A DNA stretch of 64,000 nt from Candidatus Aenigmatarchaeota archaeon (GTDB lineage: Archaea > Aenigmatarchaeota > Aenigmatarchaeia > CG10238-14 > SCSR01), in contig JAVZHQ010000002.1 of assembly GCA_038998335.1 (NCBI GenBank), positions 64,001-128,000 on the forward strand, written 5' to 3'. The notes beneath the pieces are model-generated. The model was not told where the DNA came from, made no database searches, and saw only the letters and a list, made by a program, of their open reading frames with translations. Made by a program: the position numbers and the translations under genes. Below, one piece after another: positions 28,406 through 39,272 of the stretch. Positions within the stretch are counted from its first letter, which is position 1; every line of letters starts with the position of its first letter.

Positions 28406-29836
28406 TTATATTAGGCTTTCCTTTTCAAAGTATTTTCTCAAGAATATACCAAAATTTTCATCTTTTTTAACTAATTCCATTATTTTTTCATTCTCGTAAA
28501 TTAGCTCAAAACCTTTTGCTAGCTGCTCTGCAATATGGTTTGGTATGCCTTTGGCTTTTAATACTTCCAGGCTTTTACTCAAGCTGTCAAGAATTTTCTC
28601 TCTTGCTGTCAAGAATTTTCTTCTAACTTCAACGCACCAAAAATTGTTTTCTATAAAAGGTCCGGTAATTGCTTGACCCTTATACTTTTCTAGAAATCTT
28701 TCAGAATCGTCTAAATCAAAAATTTTCGGCCCAACTCTTTTTTGAACTAAAGGCAGTTTAGAAATTTCCATCTCAAGCAAAACTATAGCTAAATCTTTCT
28801 CGTTAGTGTAAACATCTTTTCTTAAAACTTTAAACTCATACTTTACTTCTTCCAAAATGCTTTGAAGCCTGTCGGCAAACTTTCTTAGCTGAGGCCAAAG
28901 AATATCTGGAACAACTTTTGGCGGCAAAAACTTAACAAGTATTAGCTCAGTCCTTCTTTTCATCTGATAAACTATTAGCTCGTTTTCTGTTATTGGTTCA
29001 AGCTTCCTTTTAAAGAAAAGCTCCTCTCTTGGGTTTTCCAAAAATTCTTTTGCAAGTTTTTTAAACTTGAAGAAGTTCGTGGAAGATAAAGCAGCACAAG
29101 TATTCCTGTTTTTATCTGTTGGGTCAATAAGAATCAAGGCTTGATTTTTAAACATTTTTATAAGTTTTGGGTAATCTTTCTGCGAATAATAATTTTTAAC
29201 CTGAATTATTTCTCCCGGCTTCCAGTTAACAGCTTTTTTCATAAGGTTGAGAAAACTTTTATACTTTATTATAAGCAACTCGCAAACATAACCAGAAAAA
29301 CCTTCTGTTTTAGCGTCAGCCCCATAAATTTCGTTCGCTTCACAAAACTTCTTTAAAAGCCTTACTTCTTTTGCCATGTTTTTGGTTAAATTTTTTTCTA
29401 TAAACCTAACATGAAAAGGAGTTCTGTCAACTGCAGACTTAATTTTTTCAGGACTTTCTACCTCATAGCAAGGAACTATGTCAACGCTTATTCCTTTGAT
29501 TTTCCCAGAAACATAAGGATGTTGAGCATATTCTATGTTGTATTCACCTTTCATTCTTTCTATAACTTTCTTTCCAATTTCTAAGCCAAACCTTTCAAGC
29601 TCTTTTTCCTTCAAGCTAGGAGAAAAAAGAACAAAAATGTCAAATTCCATCTTTTCTGGAAGCCAAGTATCTCTTGTTATGCTTCCGGCAAGCATAGCTT
29701 TTGCATTGTACTTTTTTGCTTCATCATTCGCAACCTTGAGAACATGCCTAGCTAAAGATTTCAGTTTTCTTTCTTCCTCTTTTTTTGGCTTTATTTTTTC
29801 AAGTACTTCTTTCAGTACTTTAGTATACTTATCCAT
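28406..29836 (-). CDS. cca: CCA-adding enzyme (archaeal class I)
   Basis: 'AGSITRDTWL...EFDIF', 'YAQHPY', 'SAVDRTPFH', 'GFSGYVCELL'. Confidence 0.96.
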   Translation of the reverse strand: MDKYTKVLKEVLEKIKPKKEEERKLKSLARHVLKVANDEAKKYNAKAMLAGSITRDTWLPEKMEFDIFVLFSPSLKEKELERFGLEIGKKVIERMKGEYNIEYAQHPYVSGKIKGISVDIVPCYEVESPEKIKSAVDRTPFHVRFIEKNLTKNMAKEVRLLKKFCEANEIYGADAKTEGFSGYVCELLIIKYKSFLNLMKKAVNWKPGEIIQVKNYYSQKDYPKLIKMFKNQALILIDPTDKNRNTCAALSSTNFFKFKKLAKEFLENPREELFFKRKLEPITENELIVYQMKRRTELILVKFLPPKVVPDILWPQLRKFADRLQSILEEVKYEFKVLRKDVYTNEKDLAIVLLEMEISKLPLVQKRVGPKIFDLDDSERFLEKYKGQAITGPFIENNFWCVEVRRKFLTAREKILDSLSKSLEVLKAKGIPNHIAEQLAKGFELIYENEKIMELVKKDENFGIFLRKYFEKESLI

Positions 29837-29840
29837 TCTT

Positions 29841-30836
29841 TCACTTTATTTCAAACTCTTTCTCCACGCATCTTACTTTTCCTACTACTTCGCATCCTCC
29901 GTATTGAAGGCTTCCTTTGTAGGAAGTGTAATAGCAAAACATTGCTTTATACTTTCCTGGTTCTGCCAATTTTTCTTCCATACAATTTTTCGAGAAGGTT
30001 CTGTTTCCAGAAGTGCAATTTATAGTTTTAGGCTCATAAACTTTTTGGTTCCAACTGTAAGTAAAAATGCTAAGAGGTTTAATTTCTGTGCACAATTTTG
30101 CTTTTGCTGGACAAATCGGACAAGCTAAGCAATCGCAAGGGCATGGACAATAAGGATTAATTTCTTGCTCTATCCATTCACCATTTTTATAGAAATACAG
30201 AAAACGCTCGTCCCAGTCATAAAAGTCTAGATAGATTGAGGAATTAAGGTTGTTTATTATCTTAAACTCTATTTCTTCTCCTTGCTTGTAATAATCCTTG
30301 AGAATAAAGTTTATCCCAGGCTCAAGACCACAAATATCCTCTATTTCTATTCTCTTGTTTTCAACTTCTATATAGCTACAAGAAAACTCACCTTTCTGTC
30401 CAACTAGACCAAAAAGATAATAAACCTTGCAGTTGGGTAGAGAAATGCTACAGCCTTCAGGTTCTTTTTTCCAGACTTTTGAAGCTTGGAATAATTCTAC
30501 TGTTGTGTTAGGTTTAATGTTTTCTATACCCTCGCAACTTTTCTTTAGGAAATTGAACAAAGACTCGTCTATAAATAATGATTTTTTGTTTACTTCTTCA
30601 AAAACTGTTCCACATTTTTCTACTTTTTTGTTCAAAATCTCTAACGCTTCCTCGCTTGTTATTTCAATAGAAACAGGTTTTTGCAGGTAGTATAAGACTA
30701 GTATTACTGCAACTAAAAGAATTATCGGTATCAATAAACTTTTTACACTTATTTTTTTCTTAACTTTTTCTTTTTTCTCTCCTACTTTCTTTTCTTCCTT
30801 TTTCTCTTCCTCTTTTTTTCTTTCTTTTTTTGCCAT
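29841..30836 (-). CDS. Membrane-anchored Cys-rich extracellular protein
   Basis: Lys/Glu-rich N-tail, one TM, 'YCPCPCDCLACPICP', Ig-like C-terminus. Confidence 0.7.
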   Translation of the reverse strand: MAKKERKKEEEKKEEKKVGEKKEKVKKKISVKSLLIPIILLVAVILVLYYLQKPVSIEITSEEALEILNKKVEKCGTVFEEVNKKSLFIDESLFNFLKKSCEGIENIKPNTTVELFQASKVWKKEPEGCSISLPNCKVYYLFGLVGQKGEFSCSYIEVENKRIEIEDICGLEPGINFILKDYYKQGEEIEFKIINNLNSSIYLDFYDWDERFLYFYKNGEWIEQEINPYCPCPCDCLACPICPAKAKLCTEIKPLSIFTYSWNQKVYEPKTINCTSGNRTFSKNCMEEKLAEPGKYKAMFCYYTSYKGSLQYGGCEVVGKVRCVEKEFEIK

Positions 30837-30870
30837 AATTATTTTTTGTTGTTTTATAGTTTTAAATCTA

Positions 30871-31494
30871 CTAGAAAAAGAAAAGAAAAAGCAACAAAAG
30901 AACAGCTAAAGAAAATAGAAAGATTAAAGGAGAAAGTTCTGTATAGGGTAAATAAACTAGGCCGGTAGTTGAGCTTGAGAAAAAGAAGATTAATGAAAAG
31001 AAAATTAACAAAGGAATAAACTTAATTAACTCCCTTTTTTGAAGATCTTGCTGAGTTTTTTCTTTTTTTACGAGTAAATAATCTATACTACTTTTAAGCA
31101 TTTGGTAAACTTTTTCACCAAAACCAATCTTCAGCAAAATTTCTTCAGGAAGAAGCAAACCTTTTTTAACATAAGTAATAAACCTTGAATAATTTCCAGT
31201 TCTGCGGAAATCTTGTAAAATACTTTCAGCTTCTTTCTTTAAACTTATTTCCATTCTTCTCCTTAACTCAGAATAATCTTTCTTACTATACTCCATAAGT
31301 TCAACAGAAGTTTTTGGTAAGTATTCGAGAATCAAAACATTTTCATAACTTTTAAAAACAACCCTTTTTCTCTTTTCCAAAGGCAATTTCTCCCAATAAA
31401 GTTCTGCAATTTTAGCTAAACCTTTAGTAATTTCAAAAGTAAAGCTTAAATTTTCGTCGTATAAACGATTGTAAAGATTAGAAAAAATCTCCAT
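30871..31494 (-). CDS. Hypothetical protein with two C-terminal TM helices
   Basis: 207 aa ORF. Confidence 0.65.
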   Translation of the reverse strand: MEIFSNLYNRLYDENLSFTFEITKGLAKIAELYWEKLPLEKRKRVVFKSYENVLILEYLPKTSVELMEYSKKDYSELRRRMEISLKKEAESILQDFRRTGNYSRFITYVKKGLLLPEEILLKIGFGEKVYQMLKSSIDYLLVKKEKTQQDLQKRELIKFIPLLIFFSLIFFFSSSTTGLVYLPYTELSPLIFLFSLAVLLLLFLFFF

Positions 31495-31525
31495 TATTTA
31501 ATTTTTCTCTTTGAACAGCTTAACT

Positions 31526-31762
31526 CTAACCCTTCGCTAAATGCTTTTCCATCTCTGTTATAACTTCTTCGTAAAATGGCTTTTCATATTTTTGAGAATT
31601 GCTTTTCAAGTAATTGTAAAGAGCTAATGCTTTCTCTTTCGTTAAAGTTTTAAACTCGTTTATTGCTTCTCTTATGCTACTTAACCTTAAAATACTATAA
31701 GGGCATGGAGAGCTACAAGGTTTAAGTAGTAAGTCAAAAGTTTCAGCTAAAGCGTCTGCCAT
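31526..31762 (-). CDS. Small hypothetical protein
   Basis: 78 aa ORF with ATG start. Confidence 0.55.
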   Translation of the reverse strand: MADALAETFDLLLKPCSSPCPYSILRLSSIREAINEFKTLTKEKALALYNYLKSNSQKYEKPFYEEVITEMEKHLAKG

Positions 31763-31784
31763 AGTTTATAAAATAAAGTTAAAA

Positions 31785-33344
31785 CTATAAAAGTTTTGAG
31801 ACATAAGCTCCTTCTTTTTTATAACCAAGCTTATAGTAATATTTTTTAACACCAGCTCCGCTTATTACCACAATTTTTTTCTTATCAAATTCTTCCTTAG
31901 CAATTCTTTCAGCCTCTTCTAAAAGTCTTCTCCCAAAACCTTTATGTTGAAAAGCCTCTTTCTTAAATTCACCTACAGGAACCAAAGGGCCATAAACATG
32001 GAGCTCTCTTACCAAAGCAGTTTTTTCTGTTATTTCTTTCCTAAAAGGTTTGAAAGGAATTCTTAACCTTAGGAAAGCAATTAAAACATCATTCTTAATA
32101 TCCTCAAAACTTAAAAAAATTTCTTTTCCCTTAGAAGCTAAGTAATCAAGTCTACAAAGTTTTATTTTATTAAAATCGATTTTAACTCCTTTTTCAAGCT
32201 TATGCCCCACTTCTCTATACCTTATTTCTTTTATACTTATCCCAAGTTCTTCTGCTCTTTTCTCCACAAACTCTCTCAAATTACTTTTCTTAACTCCAGC
32301 AACTATGTGGCTTGCTGGTATATCTCTTTGAACCCTTATTATCCTGCAATACTTTGGAATGTACTTTAAAGCTCTTGCTATTAGTTCTATTGCTTCCTTT
32401 TCTTCCAAAGGTCTATACTCACCTTTCTTCCACATTTCATAAAGTTTTGTCCCCTTAATCACAAGAGTAGGGTAAATCTTAAGTGAGTCTGGTCTAAAGT
32501 CAGGGTTTTCAAAAATTTCTTTAAATTGATTTAAATCTTCTTCAAAACTTGTAAACAGGCCTGGCATAACATGCCAAGTAATTTTTAAGCAAGAGTCTTT
32601 TGCTAGTTGCGTTGCTTTAATAACATCTTCTAAAGAATGAATTCTTTGTGCTTTCTTTAAAATTTCCGGATAAATAGACTGAACCCCAATTTCAACTCTT
32701 GTAGTAGCTAGTTTAAGCATTTGATTTATATGCTTCTTAAAACAAAAATCAGGTCTTGTTTCTATGGTTAAACCAGAACACCTTATTCTTCCTTCCTCGT
32801 TTAGTCTTATAGCTTCTTCTAAGTTTTTTGCCTCGCTTCCGTTCAAAGCATCAAAAAGTCTTTTGACAAACCATTCTTGATATTCTTTTTCTAAAGCAAG
32901 AAAGGTTCCACCTATTATTATAAGCTCAACCTTATCGATGCTGTGACCCATTAAACCATACTGATTTATTCTACAATTCACCTGAAGAAAAGGGTCATAA
33001 TTATTCTGTATAGCTCTTTGAATCGCAGGTTCTAAGCCAACGTAGCTTTGTGGTGCATTCTCACCTTTTGGGCAATAAATACATATACCAGGACATTTTG
33101 CAGGTTTAGGTACAACAGTGATAACTGAAACTCCAGAAATTGTTCTTCCTGGTTTCATAACTAAAAAATCTTTAAGCTTTTCCTTTTCTTCTTTTGTGCA
33201 AGCTTGAAGAATTTGAATGCTTGTTGGAATTTTCTTTGCATTATATTTTTTACAAACTCTTTTAACTATTGACCAAGCTTTTTCTCTTGTAAGCTTTTCT
33301 TTTTTTAGTTCCTCGATTATCTCTCTTAGCAGTTTTTCTTCCAT
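31785..33344 (-). CDS. elp3: tRNA uridine(34) acetyltransferase Elp3 (radical SAM plus KAT)
   Basis: 'RTISGV', 'CPGICIYCP', 'ETRPD', 'LKIYPTLV', 'VRELHVYG', 'QHKGFG'. Confidence 0.97.
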   Translation of the reverse strand: MEEKLLREIIEELKKEKLTREKAWSIVKRVCKKYNAKKIPTSIQILQACTKEEKEKLKDFLVMKPGRTISGVSVITVVPKPAKCPGICIYCPKGENAPQSYVGLEPAIQRAIQNNYDPFLQVNCRINQYGLMGHSIDKVELIIIGGTFLALEKEYQEWFVKRLFDALNGSEAKNLEEAIRLNEEGRIRCSGLTIETRPDFCFKKHINQMLKLATTRVEIGVQSIYPEILKKAQRIHSLEDVIKATQLAKDSCLKITWHVMPGLFTSFEEDLNQFKEIFENPDFRPDSLKIYPTLVIKGTKLYEMWKKGEYRPLEEKEAIELIARALKYIPKYCRIIRVQRDIPASHIVAGVKKSNLREFVEKRAEELGISIKEIRYREVGHKLEKGVKIDFNKIKLCRLDYLASKGKEIFLSFEDIKNDVLIAFLRLRIPFKPFRKEITEKTALVRELHVYGPLVPVGEFKKEAFQHKGFGRRLLEEAERIAKEEFDKKKIVVISGAGVKKYYYKLGYKKEGAYVSKLL

Positions 33345-33463
33345 AATTTCATGGTTAGCAAAAGGTTATAAAAAGCTTGATTTTTTCAGTTTTTTTGAGC
33401 AATTTCAATCACTATTCTTTAGTAGCGAAATCTTTAAATAGTATCACTTATAAATAGTAACAC

Positions 33464-33619
33464 ATGAGAAAAAATACAGAAGAAATAGCATTGATAGAAG
33501 AGCAATTATACGAGGCACAAATGGCTTTGTTCAAAGCAAAAACAGTAAGAGAAGCAAAGTTCTTACAAAATAAAATAGAATACTTAAAGAAAAGAGCAAA
33601 AGAATTAGGAATAATTTAG
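33464..33619 (+). CDS. Small coiled-coil protein, 51 aa; absent from ORF track
   Basis: Manual translation MRKNTEEIALIEEQLYEAQMALFKAKTVREAKFLQNKIEYLKKRAKELGII; TATA-like box upstream, T-tract downstream. Confidence 0.6.
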   Translation: MRKNTEEIALIEEQLYEAQMALFKAKTVREAKFLQNKIEYLKKRAKELGII

Positions 33620-33641
33620 CTTTTTTAATTAGCTTTCTTGT

Positions 33642-34145
33642 TTATGAAAAATAAAAAAGAAGAAGGATGTAAAAAGGAAGTAAGGATATTATGACGTCTA
33701 ACAAAAGTGTTATCAAAGCTATACTCATTGCTATTTTTGTGCTCGCCACAAAAATTTTCTTGATAATTAGGTGAACTATTCCAATTATCAAAATAATACT
33801 AACAAAAACCCCTAAGATGAAGTAGGGAAATTCAAGAAGTTCTTCAACAATAGTTAAGATCAAAAACTGCGTTACTTCGTAAGCACTTGTCAAGAAAAGA
33901 GCAATTAAGAAAAACGTGTACTTTTTGTACCTTGCTATAAACCTGTTAAAAGATTTTCTCAAGGTTAAATTATAAGCTTTTGGTAGTAAGTAAAATGCTA
34001 AAAAAGAAATGAAATAGCTTTCTAAATTTTCGACTACAATTGCTAGAGGGATGTTCCCAACCAACATCATGTTGATAGGAATGCTTATTAAAATAAGAAA
34101 GAAGCTAACCAAAAGGAGAATAAACATTATTCTTAATTTTCTCAT
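33642..34145 (-). CDS. Multi-pass membrane protein, hypothetical
   Basis: 167 aa, about five hydrophobic segments; directly downstream of tRNA-Gln. Confidence 0.65.
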   Translation of the reverse strand: MRKLRIMFILLLVSFFLILISIPINMMLVGNIPLAIVVENLESYFISFLAFYLLPKAYNLTLRKSFNRFIARYKKYTFFLIALFLTSAYEVTQFLILTIVEELLEFPYFILGVFVSIILIIGIVHLIIKKIFVASTKIAMSIALITLLLDVIISLLPFYILLLFYFS

Positions 34146-34147
34146 AA

Positions 34148-34244
34148 TAGCCCCGAGCGGATTCGAACCGCTGTCACGAGGTTTCTTCCAGGCGACCAGA
34201 GCCTTCTACTCTTTTCGTATGCTTGGCCGCTACACCACGGGGCT
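34148..34244 (-). tRNA. tRNA-Gln(CUG) with two introns (29/30: 34204-34214; 37/38: 34183-34195)
   Basis: AGCCCCG/CGGGGCT acceptor; removing 11+13 nt gives CGAGG-CTCTGGA-CCTCG and a 73-nt tRNA. Confidence 0.88.
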
Positions 34245-34610
34245 ATATGTAATAATTGAATGAGAAAAATTAAAAATGTGACATTCAGAAAAATATTTTA
34301 ATTTATTTTCTTCAAATATTTTTAAGTGAAAGGGATGAAAGGTGAGTTAGAAACAACTTGTAATTTCTTCTTATTCCGATTTGTTTAAAGCTTCTTGTTT
34401 AGTTAATTCTTTACATTTTAGAAAATTCTTGAGCAAAAAAATGCTAAACCTTGTGCTTAAAAACTATAAAAACATAAAAATTATTTCAATGTCAAATTAT
34501 GCGTATCGAAGATGTGATAGAAAAATAATAGAATTAATAGAAAAGCATGGTATAAAATTAATTGTTAGACAAAACTTAGGAAGACCAAGTATGATAGAGA
34601 GGCGAATAAA

Positions 34611-36467
34611 ATGAGAATTTTACAGTTGCATGTAGATTTTATAGAGTATGAACCAATAAAAAAAGAAATTGCCCAAGCAGAAGAGGCTGAAAAGAAAAAG
34701 TATAGACTTGAAGAAATTCTTGTTTTGTTCACTTGTGTGGAAGAAGGAGATGATCAAGAAGTTGCAAGGGAAGCAATAGAAGAAACTAAAGATTTTCTCC
34801 AGAAATTAAAATTAAACAGAATTTTAATCTACCCTTTTGCTCATTTAAGCTCAAACATAGCAAAGCCTGGTGAAGCCTTAAAAATAATAAAAAAGATGGA
34901 AGAATTTGCAAGAAAAAATGGAATAGAAACTTTTAGGGCTCCTTTTGGCTGGAACAAAGCATTACAAATAAAAGTTAAAGGTCATCCTTTGGCTGAACAA
35001 TCAAGACACATTTCTCCAAAGGAAAAGGAGGAAAAAGTTTCAGAAGCAATAAAAGCAGAAGAAAAGATTAAATCCTACTGGTTTATTCTTTCACCAGACG
35101 GAAAACTAACAGAAGTGGAAAAGTTTGATTTTTCAAAACATCCTAACTTAAAGAAACTTGCTGATTATGAAATTAGTAAAGTGAGAGCAGTTCAGCAAGT
35201 TCCTCCTCATGTTACTCTAATGAAAAAACTAGAAATAGCAGATTATGAAGAAGGTTCAGACCCTGGAAACTTGAGATGGTATCCAAAAGGAAGACTAATA
35301 AAATCTTTACTTGAAAATTTTGTTACTCAAAAAGTTTTAGAATATGGTGGAATGGAAGTCGAAACTCCTGTAATGTATGATTTTAACCATCCTGCCTTAG
35401 CAAACTATCTAAACAGATTTCCTGCAAGACAGTATGTTGTTAAATCAGAAGATAAAGAGCTTTTCCTTAGGTTTTCTGCATGCTTTGGCCAGTTTTTAAT
35501 GAGTAAGGATGCTCAAATCTCTTACAAAAATCTGCCTTTTAGAATATACGAGCTAACAAGATATAGCTTCAGAAGAGAAAAAAGTGGAGAAGTTGTTGGG
35601 CTTAAGAGGTTGAGAGCTTTTACTATGCCTGATGTTCATGCTTTCTGTCAAGATATGGAACAAGCTAAGCAAGAATTTTTAGTCAGGTTTAAGCTTTGCA
35701 TGGAAGTTTTAAAAGAAATCGGTTTAGAAAAAGAGGATTATGAGCTTGCGATAAGGTTTACTAAAGATTTTTACGAGAAGAACAAGAGCTTTGTTCTTTC
35801 TCTAGTTAAGCTTTTTGGAAAACCTGTCTTAGTTGAAGCATGGACCGAAAGATTTTTCTACTTTGTTTTAAAGTGGGAATTCAATTTCATCGATAACTTA
35901 AACAAAGCAGCTGCTCTTTCTACAGACCAAATTGATGTTGAAAATGCAGAAAGATATGGAATAACTTATACTGATAAAAAAGGCAAGAAAAAGCATCCTA
36001 TAATACTGCATTGTTCGCCTAGTGGAGCAATAGAAAGATGTATTTATGCTCTTTTGGAAAAAGCTTATTCAGAACAGCAAAAAGGAAATGTTCCAAAACT
36101 TCCTTTATGGCTTTCTCCTACTCAAGTAAGACTCATTCCTGTCTCGAACAAGTTTTTAGAGTATGTAGAAAAAATAGCCGAAACTTTGGAAAAAAATTGT
36201 ATAAGAGTTGATGTTGATGATAGAGAAGAAACAGTAAACAAAAAAATAAGAGAAGCCGAAATAGAGTGGGTTCCTTTTATTTGTGTTATTGGGGCTAAAG
36301 AGGTTAAAGGGAAAACTTTGGCTGTTAGAATAAGGGAGAAAAAGGAAGTTAAGGAAATGGAAGTAGAAAAATTGATAGAAATGATTAAAGATGAGGTTAG
36401 AGGAAAACCCTTCAAAGTTCTTTCTTTGCCAAAATACTTGTCGAAGCGTGCTTTTTTCACTGGCTAA
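34611..36467 (+). CDS. thrS: Threonyl-tRNA synthetase (archaeal type with N-terminal editing domain)
   Basis: 'IYPFAHLS', 'RAPFGWNK', 'GHPLAE', 'LRAFTMPDVH', 'LHCSPSGAIER'. Confidence 0.97.
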   Translation: MRILQLHVDFIEYEPIKKEIAQAEEAEKKKYRLEEILVLFTCVEEGDDQEVAREAIEETKDFLQKLKLNRILIYPFAHLSSNIAKPGEALKIIKKMEEFARKNGIETFRAPFGWNKALQIKVKGHPLAEQSRHISPKEKEEKVSEAIKAEEKIKSYWFILSPDGKLTEVEKFDFSKHPNLKKLADYEISKVRAVQQVPPHVTLMKKLEIADYEEGSDPGNLRWYPKGRLIKSLLENFVTQKVLEYGGMEVETPVMYDFNHPALANYLNRFPARQYVVKSEDKELFLRFSACFGQFLMSKDAQISYKNLPFRIYELTRYSFRREKSGEVVGLKRLRAFTMPDVHAFCQDMEQAKQEFLVRFKLCMEVLKEIGLEKEDYELAIRFTKDFYEKNKSFVLSLVKLFGKPVLVEAWTERFFYFVLKWEFNFIDNLNKAAALSTDQIDVENAERYGITYTDKKGKKKHPIILHCSPSGAIERCIYALLEKAYSEQQKGNVPKLPLWLSPTQVRLIPVSNKFLEYVEKIAETLEKNCIRVDVDDREETVNKKIREAEIEWVPFICVIGAKEVKGKTLAVRIREKKEVKEMEVEKLIEMIKDEVRGKPFKVLSLPKYLSKRAFFTG

Positions 36468-37278
36468 CAGCTTTTGAATGGTTCCAAACCAAGTTGAACA
36501 AAGGCTCAAGCATTTGGCTTGCTGCATGCTCACTTTTACTCCAAACAACTAAGTCTTGAGTCGAATGCACACTCTTAGGATCAGTTAAACCAAAGATTAG
36601 CTGGCTACCATCAACAACTGCAAACCTTCCGCTTATTGGTACTTCCTTTTCATTAGCAACTCTTATCTCTGCTATGCTACCCAAAGATTTTATTGCTTCA
36701 GAGCATCTTTCTGTACTGCTTGTCACGATTTTAATCTCTACTCCCTTTTCTTTCGCTTTTCTCAAAGCTTCAAAATGGTTAGAAAACAAATCGTTTAAAC
36801 CTTCAGGAGTAGTTACTATGTTAATTTTTTGGTTTGCACTTCTTATCATTGAATCAAGCTGTTGAAAAACAGAAAACTTCCCTTTTAAAGTACCTGTAAC
36901 TTCTTCGGGAGAAATGACTTTAAGCCCTTGAGAATAAATGTCCATAAGCTCCCTCATCACTGGTGATTCTTTAAGTGCGTTAATTCTTTCAACTGTAGCC
37001 TTAAAATCTTCTTCTAACTTTTTCTTTGCCCTTTCAAGAGCTTCGTCTGGAGAAATCGCTACATAGCGAATGGGTTTTCCTGTTTGAACAACAACAAAAC
37101 CTTTTTCTGCTAAGGTTTGAAGAACATCATAAGCTCTACTTCTTGGCACACCAGCAATCTCAGAAAGTTCGCCTGCAGTTGAGTTTCCTCTTGCTAAAAG
37201 AGCTATCCAAAGCTTTCTTTCGTATAAGTTTAAACCTATTCCTTTCAAAGCGTCTAAAACTTTTGTTGAAGCTATCAT
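36457..37278 (-). CDS. TrmB-family transcriptional regulator (TrmBL2-like)
   Basis: 'GLNLYERK...ELSEIAGVPRSRAYDVL...GKPIRYVAISP'. Confidence 0.92.
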   Translation of the reverse strand: MIASTKVLDALKGIGLNLYERKLWIALLARGNSTAGELSEIAGVPRSRAYDVLQTLAEKGFVVVQTGKPIRYVAISPDEALERAKKKLEEDFKATVERINALKESPVMRELMDIYSQGLKVISPEEVTGTLKGKFSVFQQLDSMIRSANQKINIVTTPEGLNDLFSNHFEALRKAKEKGVEIKIVTSSTERCSEAIKSLGSIAEIRVANEKEVPISGRFAVVDGSQLIFGLTDPKSVHSTQDLVVWSKSEHAASQMLEPLFNLVWNHSKAVSQ

Positions 37279-37359
37279 TTTCTCCCTTGTTACTATGTAG
37301 TGATTTAATATATAAATTATTAAACTTAACTATTTTGGAACAGATAATTTTAAATAGTT

Positions 37360-39066
37360 TTAGCCTCTTAAGCCTTGTGATTTGTATAACTCTACTAACC
37401 TATCAATAGTGTCAGCTTCCTCTGGACCCTTATCTTCCCTTATTCTTACCAAACGAGGAAATCTCAAAGCATAACCTGAAGAGTAGTTTGGTGATTTTTG
37501 AATCTCTTGAAAGGCAACTTCTACAACAATTTTTGGTCTTATCCTTACTTCCCTTCCTTTTTCCTCAACTATTAAGTCTTTTAAAGTATCTGTCATTAGT
37601 TGAAATTGCTCTTCTGTTAAACCTGTGCCCATCATACCGCAAGGTAAAAACTCTCCGGTATCAGGATCTCTGCAAGCTAAAACATAAGAGCTTAACCATT
37701 TTGCTCTTAGGCCTTCACCATAAGTCGCACCAACTATTACCAAATCTAAAGTTTCCATTATAGGCTTTATCTTATACATAGTTCCTACATGCCTTCCAAA
37801 AACGTAAGGAGAGTCTAAAATTTTAAGCATTAAACCTTCTTGTTTTGCGTTTAAAGCTTCTTGGTAGAATTCTTCTGCTGTTTTTAAGTCAGAAGTGATT
37901 ATTTGTTTTGCAAGCTCAACCTTTCCAGGAATAATTCTAACTATTTTCTCCAAAATCTTCCTTCTTTCCTTAAAAGGTTTATCAAAAAGTTGTTTTCCTT
38001 CAAGGTAAACTACATCAAACAGATGAATTTGAACTGGAATTTCTTTTATCATTTTCTCTATATCATACTTTCTATGAATTCTTTGAGAAAGAACCTGAAA
38101 AGGTAAAGGTAATTTAGTTTTTGGGTTTATCGCTAAAGCTTCACCTTCCACTATACACTCTTTTGGTTTTAAGGCTTCTCTAAGGTATTGAACTAAGTCT
38201 GGGAATTGTTTTGTAACTTCCTCTTCTCTTCTAGTAAAAAGCCAAATCTTATCTCCCTGCTTATGGGCTTGAACTCTTGCGCCATCATACTTGTACTCAG
38301 CTGCAATTTTTTTGAATTCGTCTAAAACTTCCTTAATACTCTCTGCCTTTTCCCCAAGCATCACTTGTATCGGTCTACCAAGCTTAACTTTCACGCTTTT
38401 TAACCCTTCTACTCCCTTTTCCTTAGCAATTCTTGCAACTTCACCAAAATCAGAAAGTATGTTCCAAGCATACTCCACAGCTTCTGTTAATTTCTCTTTT
38501 TCTTCTTTGCTCATATTCTTTTTAAAAAGAAAAGCATCAACTATAGCATCTCTTATTATTCCTTCAGCAACCCCAATTCTTAACTCTTGAAGAATTGTTC
38601 TTACTATATACCTTGCTTCTTCTGGCTTTGCTGAAGCAAGAAGCTCTGCTATAATCTTTAACTTTTTTTCTTGCGAACCTTTACCAGTAACTACAGCTAA
38701 CTCTTGCAAATTTTTAAAAACATAACTTACCGTTAACTTTTTTGTGAATAGAGTAACCTGTTTTTTGCTTTTAACACATTGCTCTGCTGCAAGACCCAAA
38801 TCTCCAGTTTCCTTAAACTTTTCTTCTACTAACTCAGGTTTAACCCCTGTTGCCTTAGATATTGCTCTTATCATCATTTGAGTTGCAATACCAAGCTCTA
38901 AACCTGTGTACTTAGGATAAACCAAACCCTGAGCAAGCAAAACCACTTTTTCTAAATCTTCTATCGGAGCTTGGGAAAATAGTTTTGCAAGTATCTCTGT
39001 CTTTTTCAGTTTTGCTGAAACATTTTCTAATTCTTTATAAACTTCAACTAGTGTCGAGTAATCCAT
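37360..39066 (-). CDS. lig: ATP-dependent DNA ligase
   Basis: EYKYDG, EGLMLK, 'YALRFPRLVRIREDK'. Confidence 0.97.
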   Translation of the reverse strand: MDYSTLVEVYKELENVSAKLKKTEILAKLFSQAPIEDLEKVVLLAQGLVYPKYTGLELGIATQMMIRAISKATGVKPELVEEKFKETGDLGLAAEQCVKSKKQVTLFTKKLTVSYVFKNLQELAVVTGKGSQEKKLKIIAELLASAKPEEARYIVRTILQELRIGVAEGIIRDAIVDAFLFKKNMSKEEKEKLTEAVEYAWNILSDFGEVARIAKEKGVEGLKSVKVKLGRPIQVMLGEKAESIKEVLDEFKKIAAEYKYDGARVQAHKQGDKIWLFTRREEEVTKQFPDLVQYLREALKPKECIVEGEALAINPKTKLPLPFQVLSQRIHRKYDIEKMIKEIPVQIHLFDVVYLEGKQLFDKPFKERRKILEKIVRIIPGKVELAKQIITSDLKTAEEFYQEALNAKQEGLMLKILDSPYVFGRHVGTMYKIKPIMETLDLVIVGATYGEGLRAKWLSSYVLACRDPDTGEFLPCGMMGTGLTEEQFQLMTDTLKDLIVEEKGREVRIRPKIVVEVAFQEIQKSPNYSSGYALRFPRLVRIREDKGPEEADTIDRLVELYKSQGLRG

Positions 39067-39097
39067 AACATTAAATTATTGTAAGTTTAAATATTTT

Positions 39098-39271
39098 ATG
39101 AATGGAATGACAGGCTGGACTTGGACCTTTGGTTTTTGCGAGACTTGTTTGAAAAATTCGCATGAAAAAGTAAAACTTGTTAAAAGAAAAATTGTTTCTG
39201 GTGATTTAGAAGGTAAATATTCAAAAGAGTTTTGGGTTTGCCCTGTTTGTGGAGCAACAAAAAGGTTATAA
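39098..39271 (+). CDS. Small zinc-finger protein, 57 aa; absent from ORF track
   Basis: Manual translation with CETC and WVCPVCG. Confidence 0.65.
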   Translation: MNGMTGWTWTFGFCETCLKNSHEKVKLVKRKIVSGDLEGKYSKEFWVCPVCGATKRL

Positions 39272-39272
39272 T

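Noticed and set aside
34381-34614. 77-aa ORF upstream of thrS
   Set aside because: TTG start in AT-rich promoter-like DNA with no recognisable motif; a shorter peptide cannot be excluded.
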